IMG/VR virus record: IMGVR_UViG_3300027771_000009
Coordinates: 1 to 64,000 of that record
From: a virus
DNA length: 64,000 nucleotides
Direction: 5' to 3' (one strand)
How positions within the stretch are numbered: the first letter of the stretch is position 1; each line of letters opens with the position of its first letter. This document shows, piece after piece, positions 55,280-64,000 of this stretch. The notes under the pieces are model-generated. The model was not told the DNA's origin, did not search any database, and saw only the letters and a list, made by a program, of their open reading frames with translations. A program made the position numbers and the translations under genes.

Positions 55280-57493
55280 ATGTCAGATTTTCCAAATTTT
55301 ACTCAAGTCCCGCCGCATGTAAATGCTCGTATTTCGGAAAGAATTGGAAACCCTAAGAAAGTTTCCAGTTTAAATTCTTGGATAAGAGTATCATCAGCTA
55401 ATGGAACGGGTTTAATGTTATATTCAAATCCAAATATATCTACATTCAAAAAAGCTGGTGACAATAATATGGCATCAATCTATGGTAATGGTAAGGTATC
55501 TGGTATATTGGGTACCGATTGGTCTGGTGGAGCTGTTTATGCAAATGAGGGACAGGGATTCAAACCATCGCCAATTATTTCATCAATAGAAGTTGATGAA
55601 GGAGCTGGTGATTTATCAAGAAAGGCAAGCTTTTCCATAACTGCATTTACAAAAGAGCAGATGGAAAAATTATTAGAATATTTTCTTGAGCCCGGATATA
55701 CTGTATTTTTAGAATGGGGATGGAATACTGCAAATTCAGTAAGTGGTTGGGAAAGTAGCTTGTCTGGTCCAAGTGTTGCTAAATTTCAATCATTTAAAGA
55801 AGTAAATAAACGAAGAGCTGCTACTGGTGGTGAATATGATAATTATTTAGGATTTATTACTGGTGGAGGACTTTCACAAGATGGTGATAAATGGACAATA
55901 AGTGTACAACTTACTGGATTTACTGAATTGCCAGGTTATATGATGTCAACTGAAAATGCAGAAGATGAGATAACTATCGATGGTAAATCAGACCCTAAGA
56001 TTGACCCGGCTGACCCTTTCGGAGCTAATTTAATCGAAAACGCTGGTAAAGCTGGTGAATTAGGTAAGGAACGTTTTATGCGAATGTTCAATGCTCTACC
56101 TGATAGTAGAAAAACACCAAGAGTACAAGAGTTAATAACAACATTATCTAACATTGAAAATTTTATTAATTGGGATGAAGATGTTTCGGAACAAATTAAT
56201 GGAGAAACTGAAGGTGGGTTTTGGTCTGGTAAATCTAAGAAAGATGTAGGTGGGACTGCGGTAGAGTTACCGAAAGGAACCCAATTAATATCAGAAAACA
56301 AATTTATAAAATTTGGTGCAATGATGGAGATTGTGTTTGCAATTGGTTGCAATGGATTTAAATTATCAAATAAAAAAACTGTAAATTTCAGAGTAAATAC
56401 ATCAAGCACATATTGTATGGCATTTGACCATATGTATAGTTTAGACCCTACTATATTATACATACCAAATCCAAATACACCTAAATTTAAAGTAGGAAAA
56501 GATAAAGTTGGATTAGATATAACCGATGTAAGTGATAATAGTAAAGGATTAAATGGAATTAAATTTCCAAATCAAGATCCATTAGAAGTAACTACTAAAG
56601 GTGGTGCTCAAATTAAACAGGCAGGTAAATTTTGGGGCAAGTTAGATGACTTATATGTTAATTTTGACTTTGTTAAAGGAATTTTAGAAACAAAAAACAA
56701 TACAACAAAGGATGCACTTTATCAAATACTTAATGGTATGTCATCTGCGGTAAACGGATTATGGGATTTTCAAATAGTAGAAAAGGAATCTGAATTAGAT
56801 GAAGGTGTAACCGAACTAACAGTTATAGATTTAAATTTCGTATCATCAGCACCTGGTGCAATTAACCTTACTATGAATACTCAAGGTGAACAATCTATAC
56901 TAATCGATTCATCATTAGATTTAGGAATTTCATCTGCAAAGATGAACTCAATAATTGGACAACGATTAAGTACAAGTTTAAATGGGAATGGTAAAGCAGT
57001 TCCATCTACATTATTTTCTGGAAACAAAGACATGGTGTTGAATCAAATGGATAAAAAAACTGATGCACAAAAACAACTAACAGCAGCAGCAGCTGATGCA
57101 GCTGATGCTAAAAAGCAAGAAGCATTGGATGTTTTATTAGGTAAGTTATTCTTATACCCGCTTGTAACATTCAAAGAAGCATCTGAGGTAAAGGATAAAG
57201 ACTTATATGATATATGTTATATAGGTGCATATAAGGATGTTGAGACATTTGCAAAGATAAAGAAAAAGGAATTGGGTGAGATAGTTGGTTCTGGTGCATT
57301 AATGCCAATTAACTTTTCATTTAAAATACATGGTATTAGTGGTATAAAGAGAGGGGATATGTTTAGAGTGAATGGATTACCCTCTATGTATGAAAAAGTG
57401 GGTTCATTTTTCCAAACACTTTCTGTAAAGCATGTTATTGATGGTATGCAATGGACAACTGAAATAACTGGAGGATTTAGACCTAAAAATTAA
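55280..57493 (+). CDS. Putative baseplate hub protein (gp27-like)
   Basis: Follows LysM gene; PGYTVFLEWGW and C-terminal I.GISGI..GD.F....LP..Y...F....V.H.I....WTT.I.G. Confidence 0.55.
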   Translation: MSDFPNFTQVPPHVNARISERIGNPKKVSSLNSWIRVSSANGTGLMLYSNPNISTFKKAGDNNMASIYGNGKVSGILGTDWSGGAVYANEGQGFKPSPIISSIEVDEGAGDLSRKASFSITAFTKEQMEKLLEYFLEPGYTVFLEWGWNTANSVSGWESSLSGPSVAKFQSFKEVNKRRAATGGEYDNYLGFITGGGLSQDGDKWTISVQLTGFTELPGYMMSTENAEDEITIDGKSDPKIDPADPFGANLIENAGKAGELGKERFMRMFNALPDSRKTPRVQELITTLSNIENFINWDEDVSEQINGETEGGFWSGKSKKDVGGTAVELPKGTQLISENKFIKFGAMMEIVFAIGCNGFKLSNKKTVNFRVNTSSTYCMAFDHMYSLDPTILYIPNPNTPKFKVGKDKVGLDITDVSDNSKGLNGIKFPNQDPLEVTTKGGAQIKQAGKFWGKLDDLYVNFDFVKGILETKNNTTKDALYQILNGMSSAVNGLWDFQIVEKESELDEGVTELTVIDLNFVSSAPGAINLTMNTQGEQSILIDSSLDLGISSAKMNSIIGQRLSTSLNGNGKAVPSTLFSGNKDMVLNQMDKKTDAQKQLTAAAADAADAKKQEALDVLLGKLFLYPLVTFKEASEVKDKDLYDICYIGAYKDVETFAKIKKKELGEIVGSGALMPINFSFKIHGISGIKRGDMFRVNGLPSMYEKVGSFFQTLSVKHVIDGMQWTTEITGGFRPKN

Positions 57494-57511
57494 ATATAAG
57501 GTTTTGTGATT

Positions 57512-57868
57512 ATGACAAATAACGATAATTATAATAATATTAAGAAATTACCAAATGGTTTGGAAAAGTTAAAAATATTAACTTATATCCCTAAGCCAAC
57601 AAAAGGTGATTATTTAACTGGTTACATAACTCGATTTTTTATACAAAAGGTAAATGATAAAAGTTCACCTATATATGAGATTAAAGCAAGTTATGCATCT
57701 AATATAGAATCCAAAGTTTATTATGCGTTAACATCATTGGATTGGAGATTAAATGGAACACCCGAACAAATTAAGAAATCAAACGCAGCATCGGTGAAGT
57801 TAGCATCAGCTGATATTCCTAAGATTGGCTTATATTTACCAAACCTATTACAATTTCATAAGAAATAA
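57512..57868 (+). CDS. Hypothetical baseplate-region protein
   Basis: P.PT..DY..G.I.RFF motif; ATG 57512 preferred to GTG 57506. Confidence 0.55.
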   Translation: MTNNDNYNNIKKLPNGLEKLKILTYIPKPTKGDYLTGYITRFFIQKVNDKSSPIYEIKASYASNIESKVYYALTSLDWRLNGTPEQIKKSNAASVKLASADIPKIGLYLPNLLQFHKK

Positions 57869-57869
57869 T

Positions 57870-57900
57870 TTTGTAATTCAATATATTTTTTGTATATTTG
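57870..57900 (+). promoter_or_regulatory. Bacteroidota-type primary-sigma promoter (-33 TTTG, -7 TATATTTG)
   Basis: TTTG 57870-73, 19-nt spacer, TATATTTG 57893-900. Confidence 0.75.
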
Positions 57901-57919
57901 GTATCAAACTAACAAATAG

Positions 57920-58876
57920 ATGAAAGTTACCATAGTAGTAAGAACATTCAAAAGAGCAGAATTCTTAAAACAAGCATTATCTTCAATCCAATTACAAACG
58001 TATAAAGATTGGGAAGTTATTTTGTTTGATGATAGTGGTTCGACTGAAAATCTTAACATCTATAATACTTTCAAAGCTTACAATCCCACTAAACGTATAG
58101 TTTACATCACATCAGCAACTCCTTATGATATGTTTAAGGATTCTTGGACTATTTCACCTAAGTTATCAAAGGGAGAATTGATAGTAAGGCTAGATGATGA
58201 TGATTTATTGACTGAAACCTCAATTGAATTTATTGTTAGTACCTATATAAAGAACCCATCATTGGATTTTAGTTATGGTTCGGCTACATTCTTTGAAAAT
58301 GATGAACTACGAAGTAAGATAACCACACAAACACCAATAGAGGCACCAAAGACAGTTGATATATGGGAAGGTTACTTACATGAACACCCATATAACATAC
58401 CTTGGAGGTTTAAGCACAATCATTTTGATGAACCACAGCATCATAGTTCAATAATTCATTGTTCTAAGGCTAATCATATGTGCGTATATCATACATACGT
58501 AATGCGAGTATCATCTATATTGAAGGTTATTGATAAAGTGGAGGTAACATCCAACTTTGTTGATGATTTGGAAGCAATGGGTATAATGGATTATTTGGGA
58601 TTATCACATACTTCCATAAAAAAGACATTAACTTACGCTAGAATCCATAATAATGGTAGAGTTACTGATAGTAAAGGAAATGGTGAAGATACGTTATGGA
58701 ACAACATACTCAGAATCAGAGATGATGTAGAAAATTATAGAACTAAAGGATTTCAATCTAATATTTACCCTAACTCAATAGAGGGTGATGAGAATGATGA
58801 AATAACGGATTATCAAAGACAGAGATTTAGTGAATATCTAAGTAAAATAAAAAATAATTCAAAAACATTGGGATAA
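57920..58876 (+). CDS. Glycosyltransferase family 2 (GT-A fold)
   Basis: VTIVVRTFKR..FL..ALSSI..QTY.DWEVILFDDSGS and GELIVRLDDDD (DxD). Confidence 0.85.
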   Translation: MKVTIVVRTFKRAEFLKQALSSIQLQTYKDWEVILFDDSGSTENLNIYNTFKAYNPTKRIVYITSATPYDMFKDSWTISPKLSKGELIVRLDDDDLLTETSIEFIVSTYIKNPSLDFSYGSATFFENDELRSKITTQTPIEAPKTVDIWEGYLHEHPYNIPWRFKHNHFDEPQHHSSIIHCSKANHMCVYHTYVMRVSSILKVIDKVEVTSNFVDDLEAMGIMDYLGLSHTSIKKTLTYARIHNNGRVTDSKGNGEDTLWNNILRIRDDVENYRTKGFQSNIYPNSIEGDENDEITDYQRQRFSEYLSKIKNNSKTLG

Positions 58877-58899
58877 TCCAATTATTATTCGTATATTTG
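58867..58899 (+). promoter_or_regulatory. Bacteroidota-type promoter; polA transcript probably near-leaderless
   Basis: aTTG...TATATTTG (58892-99), ATG begins 4 nt after the box. Confidence 0.6.
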
Positions 58900-58903
58900 T
58901 AGG

Positions 58904-60172
58904 ATGGTAATAGTTGAATCGCAAAGTGAAGTAAATGAGTTCCTGCAAATGTGGGAAACAACTCCATCTACAATAATTCCGATTTGGAATGATTTGGATA
59001 AGCATCCTATGAATAATGAGTTATCATTTCTATTCATTAGGTTGGGAAATACTGACTTTATCCTTATATACAACCATATTGATGGTAAATCCCAACAAAT
59101 AGACCTTTCAACCTCTACACAACCAAAATGGGTATTGAATAAGAAGGGTTTACTACAAATGGATACCAACATCCAAAACTTATTTGATATATCTACACAT
59201 ACCTTCTTTGAGGAGAGTAAATTATTAGAATTAAAAAACGAAGAGAAGCAATTCATCAACCATTATAGTAGAATGGGTATACGAGATAATTTAGGTAAGA
59301 TAGCACCTTTAATGAAATGGGGTGAACACCTTAAATCATTTGTAGACTCTCTTACATTACCTACTCCAACTCCTTCTTGGATGAATAACGATGTGATTCC
59401 CCTTCTCTCAGATATAGAACGTTTTGGGGTTCGGGTCGATGAGAAAAAATTTATTGATAGATGGCCTCAAGCTACTAAACACTTAAAAGATACAACCCTT
59501 TATACCGAATACAACCCATACACCATTACATCCCGTCCATCCAACCGATACGGAGGTATTAACTTTTCGGCGTTGAACAAAAAGGATGGTACGAGAGATG
59601 TGTTTGTACCAAAAGAGAATAGTATCTTTCTACAAATGGATTATGATGCATATCACCCAAGAATCATTGGTAAGTTGATTGATTACGAATTACCGAAAAC
59701 TTCCGTTCACCAATGGTTGGCAGACCAATATGGAGTTCCATACGATGAATCAAAGGGAATTACCTTTCAATTACTATATGGTGGTATACCTGAGGAGTTT
59801 GATGAAATACCTTATTATAAGGGTGTTAGAGAGTTTATTGAGAAATTATGGAGTAAGAGTAGTGAAGTGGGTTATCTTCAAACACAACATAGGAGAATCC
59901 CTCTGAGTAGTATAGAAGGAGTGAATCCGCAGAAGTTATTTAATTATTTACTACAAGCGACTGAAACTGAGTTGAATATGGGTATAATGAAGAAAGTTGT
60001 TGAGTTTATTAAACAAACAAAAATTGAGCTTACTCTTTATACTTATGATTCATTTTTATTTAGTTATCCATTAGATACTCCTAAAGAAGATGCAAAAAAA
60101 TTAAAAGAAATTATAGAATCCTTTGGATTTCCTATTAAAGCTGATTGGGGAACCGATTATGGAAAACTTTAA
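58904..60172 (+). CDS. polA: Short divergent family A DNA polymerase-like protein
   Basis: TSRPSN...INF; motif A QMDYDAYHPR; motif B SKGITFQLLYG; NY.LQA; motif C LYTYDSFLF. Confidence 0.75.
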   Translation: MVIVESQSEVNEFLQMWETTPSTIIPIWNDLDKHPMNNELSFLFIRLGNTDFILIYNHIDGKSQQIDLSTSTQPKWVLNKKGLLQMDTNIQNLFDISTHTFFEESKLLELKNEEKQFINHYSRMGIRDNLGKIAPLMKWGEHLKSFVDSLTLPTPTPSWMNNDVIPLLSDIERFGVRVDEKKFIDRWPQATKHLKDTTLYTEYNPYTITSRPSNRYGGINFSALNKKDGTRDVFVPKENSIFLQMDYDAYHPRIIGKLIDYELPKTSVHQWLADQYGVPYDESKGITFQLLYGGIPEEFDEIPYYKGVREFIEKLWSKSSEVGYLQTQHRRIPLSSIEGVNPQKLFNYLLQATETELNMGIMKKVVEFIKQTKIELTLYTYDSFLFSYPLDTPKEDAKKLKEIIESFGFPIKADWGTDYGKL

Positions 60173-60180
60173 TATTTATA
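60172..60180 (+). promoter_or_regulatory. Putative late promoter ATATTTATA
   Basis: Recurrent motif. Confidence 0.55.
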
Positions 60181-60207
60181 AGATATAGGGATTGAAAACA
60201 CCACATT

Positions 60208-62361
60208 ATGAATAAAAATGAATTTATTGACGAGTTATTATCAGAGTTATCTTATCGTTCAGATGAGGGATATCCTATATTAACTAAGTCTACGCATATA
60301 ACTCTAATATCTGAAATATTGGATGAATGGGATATGAGTGGAATAAAAAATATACTAATTGAGAATCTTATTGAAGCTGATAAAAATCCAGATGATGATA
60401 AATATTCAGGTATTGGTGGTAATCCTTCTAGATATGTAAAAAAATCCGATTACGCAAAGTGGCAACAAAACCCAGACGAATTTACAGGTGATAAATTTGA
60501 TAAATCTGATAATGGTAAGTATTCGCAAGTAGAAGATGATGGTACTAAGCAAGAACCTGAAGTAGAAAAAAAATCAACTACATATGATGCATCAACTCCA
60601 GATGGACTAGCTTATATAAAATCATTAGGACCAAACGATGCTGCATATAAAGCGGCAGTTAAGGCTGGTCATATAACGGATGATGGTGAAGAAGTTAAAA
60701 CATCAAAAGTTATAAAATCTCCAAACGTAACAGATAAGGTTTATGGTAAGGTAGGTGAAGGCGATACTGATGTGAAGAACAATATGTTCAAATATGGGTT
60801 CAAAGGATACCTAAAAGGAACAGGTTCAAAACCAGCTCCGGGTTCCGCAGGTTCAGCATTTAATGAGATAGCATCAGGTGAGGGGGTTCATATGATAGAT
60901 GAAAATCCAAATATAACTGAAGAGGAATTAGCTCGTAAGATGTATGAAGAATACAAAGAAACTAAATTAGGTAAAGAGCAAAGTAAATCATCTGGTGTTG
61001 GTAAAATACCAAAGGATATCAAAAATGCTAAGTTATGGTCTAAGTGTGTAATATCAGCTCGTTCAGCTAGAACAAAATACAACACAACTCAACAAAGAGT
61101 TAAAAATCTTCAAAAAGATGGTAAATTCGGTACTATTGATAAGATAAACACTTACTATGGAGCAGCCGAATCCATAGACGCACAAGTTTTAGCTATCAAT
61201 GATTCTAACAAAGTTATTTTACCAAATGGTACTGAAGTATCTAAAGAAGATGCTATTAAGTTTGTTAAAGCTGGTGGTGGTGGAATCAATCCATCTGATA
61301 CTGCTACATTTGTAAACGATAAAAGTGGTAACTTGTTGATTCAATTTCATTCTGATAAAACATCAACTTCTGATATTCAAGACAACTCTACGTTAGCTCA
61401 AGAAGGAGAAAATTATAAAAACTCTATTGATAATAGTAACTTATCTGATGAAGATAAGGTGGAATCTAAATCTATTGTAGATGGGTATTCAACTAAAATG
61501 GTAGCTATCGAAGAAAACTATAACAAACAAGCAGCTATTATTGCTGGTAGATTATCTGAATTACCAGTAGATACCCAAGTAGACATTATAGAAAAGGATA
61601 CCCAAACCCTAAAACAAAACATTGAGGTAGCTATATTTGGTAAGGATGGTAGCCCTAAAAAACAATTTAAGAAATATCTACCTGTTGATTCTACTACAAC
61701 TTCGTTATCAATGCAGGAAAAATACGAAGCTATTCGTAGGCTGGTTGCCGATGGTAATGGTAAAACAAATGAAGTTAAGGTAATAACAAAAGTAGGACTT
61801 ATTTTACAATCAAAAGATTCATCCATTGAAGGTATTGATGTAAAAAAACTTATATCTGATGAAAGAGCAGAAGTTGTAAATTTACAAAGAGAAAGAGTTG
61901 ATGTACTTAATAAAAAATCGGTAGATGTAGATGGTGTCCCAGTACCATTGGGTAGATTAATGGAAGCTGAAGAAACAATTAGAGGATTTCATTTATCACT
62001 TATGGATTATCCACCTAAGAAATATGAAAGTGGAAATCCATCATCTATGGTTGGTTCATCATTGGATGTAAATATGGGTGGTGCTACAGTTAATGGTGAA
62101 GTACTTAGGGGGTGTATTGGTGTAAATAGTACAACTGAATTTAAACAAAAGTTTAGATTAAAGGAGTCTGAAGAATTAGTTAAAGATGATGAGGGTAATG
62201 TAACTGGAAAAACTGTATTTGTTTACGCTATTGATTCCGATGGAAAAGAAATTGAAATTGGTAAAAAAAGTTATCGTTCAAAAGCTGGTGCAACTGGAAA
62301 AACAAATAACACATTCCAATATAGTAAAGGAATGCAAGATTGTTTTAAATCCAAATCTTAA
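60208..62361 (+). CDS. Hypothetical protein, possibly internal virion protein
   Basis: 717-aa K/D/E-rich ORF behind the late motif; acidic N-terminal helix ending LIENLIEA. Confidence 0.55.
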   Translation: MNKNEFIDELLSELSYRSDEGYPILTKSTHITLISEILDEWDMSGIKNILIENLIEADKNPDDDKYSGIGGNPSRYVKKSDYAKWQQNPDEFTGDKFDKSDNGKYSQVEDDGTKQEPEVEKKSTTYDASTPDGLAYIKSLGPNDAAYKAAVKAGHITDDGEEVKTSKVIKSPNVTDKVYGKVGEGDTDVKNNMFKYGFKGYLKGTGSKPAPGSAGSAFNEIASGEGVHMIDENPNITEEELARKMYEEYKETKLGKEQSKSSGVGKIPKDIKNAKLWSKCVISARSARTKYNTTQQRVKNLQKDGKFGTIDKINTYYGAAESIDAQVLAINDSNKVILPNGTEVSKEDAIKFVKAGGGGINPSDTATFVNDKSGNLLIQFHSDKTSTSDIQDNSTLAQEGENYKNSIDNSNLSDEDKVESKSIVDGYSTKMVAIEENYNKQAAIIAGRLSELPVDTQVDIIEKDTQTLKQNIEVAIFGKDGSPKKQFKKYLPVDSTTTSLSMQEKYEAIRRLVADGNGKTNEVKVITKVGLILQSKDSSIEGIDVKKLISDERAEVVNLQRERVDVLNKKSVDVDGVPVPLGRLMEAEETIRGFHLSLMDYPPKKYESGNPSSMVGSSLDVNMGGATVNGEVLRGCIGVNSTTEFKQKFRLKESEELVKDDEGNVTGKTVFVYAIDSDGKEIEIGKKSYRSKAGATGKTNNTFQYSKGMQDCFKSKS

Positions 62362-62404
62362 AAAATAATTATACCTATAAAACATCCCTTTGTGTAAGTA
62401 GTTT

Positions 62405-62413
62405 ATATTTATA
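62405..62413 (+). promoter_or_regulatory. Putative late promoter ATATTTATA
   Basis: Recurrent motif. Confidence 0.55.
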
Positions 62414-62450
62414 TTCAACAAAGGAATTCTCATTATAGAGAAATATAAAT

Positions 62451-62852
62451 ATGAAAACACAATTACTGTGTACATTTACAACAAAGGCTGAGTTACAGAA
62501 GGTTCTACAAGATATTAGAGAGACTTATGTAATCGTATATAACTACATCTACATCTTGCAAAACAAAGCAGATTTAGATGAATTATACATTACATATAAT
62601 ATCAATACTGAATATAGACCAACCCAACCATTGAGAGATACGATATTGATTCATCGTAAAAAAGAATCAAACTCACTATATACAATTAATGCTTTAAATC
62701 AACTTGTAAGAGAGGAGAATGGTGGAGTATTGGATAAATCCTTTATCATTGATTGGCAGAAATTTAGAAACTCAATAATACTTACAAATACAGAGGGTAC
62801 TAAGAAAATCCAAACTCGTATCTTTGAGGTTATAGAATTTAATCAAAAATAA
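62451..62852 (+). CDS. Hypothetical phage protein
   Basis: Clean 133-aa ORF; no family recognised. Confidence 0.6.
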   Translation: MKTQLLCTFTTKAELQKVLQDIRETYVIVYNYIYILQNKADLDELYITYNINTEYRPTQPLRDTILIHRKKESNSLYTINALNQLVREENGGVLDKSFIIDWQKFRNSIILTNTEGTKKIQTRIFEVIEFNQK

Positions 62853-62863
62853 CAGAGTAACAA

Positions 62864-63475
62864 ATGGCAAAATTTACAAGAGAACAAATCGAAGAAACAT
62901 TAAAAGGTAAAGGTTATAAGTACTTTACAAATGATAAGGGGTATGATGTTAACATTGTTGGTATTAGAAATTCCGATACACATGGTGAGGTAACAAATAA
63001 GTTTGATGATACTTTAACAATATCATATAAGGATTCAGATGGTAAGTGGATTTATAATGAATATAAAGCAACAACTGACCCTGGTTCACATTGGGAAAAG
63101 AACTTATTGAACAAAGATGGTGTTGCAATTCTAAAACCAGGTCAATATAGAGGTTCACATAAAATTGGATTACACCAAGGTAAGTATGAAGCACTAAGAC
63201 AACAAAAGCCCGTTAAAGTTTATAGAGATAAAAACAAAGATGGTAAGTATGATATGATTGAAGAGAATGTACAAGAGGGTATATTTGGAATCAACATTCA
63301 TAAAGCTGGTAAGTTTGAAAATGGTTCAACTCAAATTGATAAATGGTCTGCTGGTTGTCAAGTATTTTCTAAACAATCCGATTTCTATGAATTTATGGAA
63401 ATATGTAATAAGGCTAAAGATGTATGGGGAAACTCTTTCACATACACATTAATAGAATCTACCGATATCGTATAG
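62864..63475 (+). CDS. Putative lysin with L,D-transpeptidase (YkuD)-like catalytic motif
   Basis: GINIH...(16)...SAGCQV matches the H-x14-17-S-x-G-C pattern. Confidence 0.55.
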   Translation: MAKFTREQIEETLKGKGYKYFTNDKGYDVNIVGIRNSDTHGEVTNKFDDTLTISYKDSDGKWIYNEYKATTDPGSHWEKNLLNKDGVAILKPGQYRGSHKIGLHQGKYEALRQQKPVKVYRDKNKDGKYDMIEENVQEGIFGINIHKAGKFENGSTQIDKWSAGCQVFSKQSDFYEFMEICNKAKDVWGNSFTYTLIESTDIV

Positions 63476-63499
63476 ATACATAAAAACAAAACAAATTTA

Positions 63500-63528
63500 A
63501 AAAGGGGGAAAGAAATTTCCCTCTTTTG
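63500..63528 (+). terminator. Rho-independent terminator
   Basis: aaaagggggaaa-gaaa-tttccctctttt. Confidence 0.75.
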
Positions 63529-63741
63529 TTGTTTATACCAATTATTTTTTGTATATTTGTTTAACAAATGTAGAAAGATACACATTACACGTCTATTATT
63601 AAAAAACTTTCAAAAACATTTGGTAGTATCAATTATTTTTCGTATATTTGTTTAACAAATGGAGAAAGATACCAAAATACTGCCACTCAAAAAGTTTTTC
63701 AAATAATGTTTGGTAGTATCAATTATTTTTCGTATATTTGT
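63528..63741 (+). promoter_or_regulatory. Three tandem Bacteroidota-type promoters, period 90-91 bp
   Basis: TATATTTG at 63552, 63643, 63733; exact 33-bp repeat tttggtagtatcaattatttttcgtatatttgt at 63619 and 63709. Confidence 0.8.
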
Positions 63742-63782
63742 GAAACAAACCATCAGGAAGTACCTTAAAATGAGGTTTCTTG

Positions 63783-63791
63783 ATATTTATA
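63783..63791 (+). promoter_or_regulatory. Putative late promoter ATATTTATA
   Basis: Recurrent motif upstream of SSB gene. Confidence 0.55.
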
Positions 63792-63854
63792 TGTGGTGTA
63801 GGAAAGACACCAAAATAAAACCATTAAATAAATAAACACTTAAATTTTTAAAAC

Positions 63855-64000
63855 ATGGGACTAGATTTATCCGCAATCAGAGGTAGACTGAACAAACTAC
63901 AAAACACTGGAAACTCAAAGAGTAATCTTTGGAAACCATCACCTGGTAAACATCAAGTACGTATCGTACCTTACCTATTTAACAAAGAGAATCCTTTCAT
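63855..64000 (+). CDS. Single-stranded DNA-binding protein (T4 gp32-like), 3'-truncated
   Basis: MGLDLSAIRGRLNKLQ...LWKPSPGKHQVRIVPY...NPF resembles gp32-like N-termini (W.P...IR.LP). Confidence 0.65.
   Translation, partial: MGLDLSAIRGRLNKLQNTGNSKSNLWKPSPGKHQVRIVPYLFNKENPF

Noticed and set aside
46472-57493. Bacterial contractile injection system or tailocin
   Set aside because: Neck/head-closure genes, PolA, SSB and phage-style promoters indicate a phage genome.
63540-63745. CRISPR mini-array
   Set aside because: Only two exact 33-bp copies; the repeat is itself a -33/-7 promoter, the 57-bp intervals are related to each other, and no cas genes are seen.
1-64000. Stop-codon reassignment, as in some large phages
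   Set aside because: Code 11 gives dense uninterrupted ORFs up to 15 kb; TAG ends genes at 33716 and 63475 and TGA at 3619.
1-64000. tRNA/rRNA genes, introns, inteins, IS elements
   Set aside because: No cloverleaf, intein-terminal, homing-endonuclease or transposase motifs seen by eye and most gaps are too short; a covariance-model scan was not run.

Overview
AT-rich 64 kb segment of a large T4-like myovirus (contractile tail); all credible genes are on the + strand. Host is probably Bacteroidota: TTTG-N19-21-TATATTTG promoters are present and most starts lack a Shine-Dalgarno. Gene order: neck/head-closure/tail-terminator genes; three giant fibre-like proteins (5098, 3921 and 3971 aa) with small partner genes; tail sheath, tube, assembly chaperone, tape measure and baseplate genes; then a GT2 glycosyltransferase, a minimal PolA, hypotheticals, a YkuD-like putative lysin and the start of a gp32-like SSB. 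Main observations: (1) the 5098-aa protein has 17 lone helices and 17 helical 'head' repeats ordered like balanced brackets, implying a single-chain branched tree, with Russian-doll nested beta domains hung on it; (2) Pro-free Gly-X-X (GTS/GSS) tracts up to about 1000 aa with periodic register breaks; (3) blue-copper-like (cupredoxin) domains inside a virion fibre; (4) a probable +1/-2 frameshift in the tail chaperone; (5) two promoter classes and a four-promoter/hairpin array before the SSB; (6) pervasive S/T-x-S motifs in exposed virion proteins. All calls are from motif reading by eye; no database searches or structure predictions were run.
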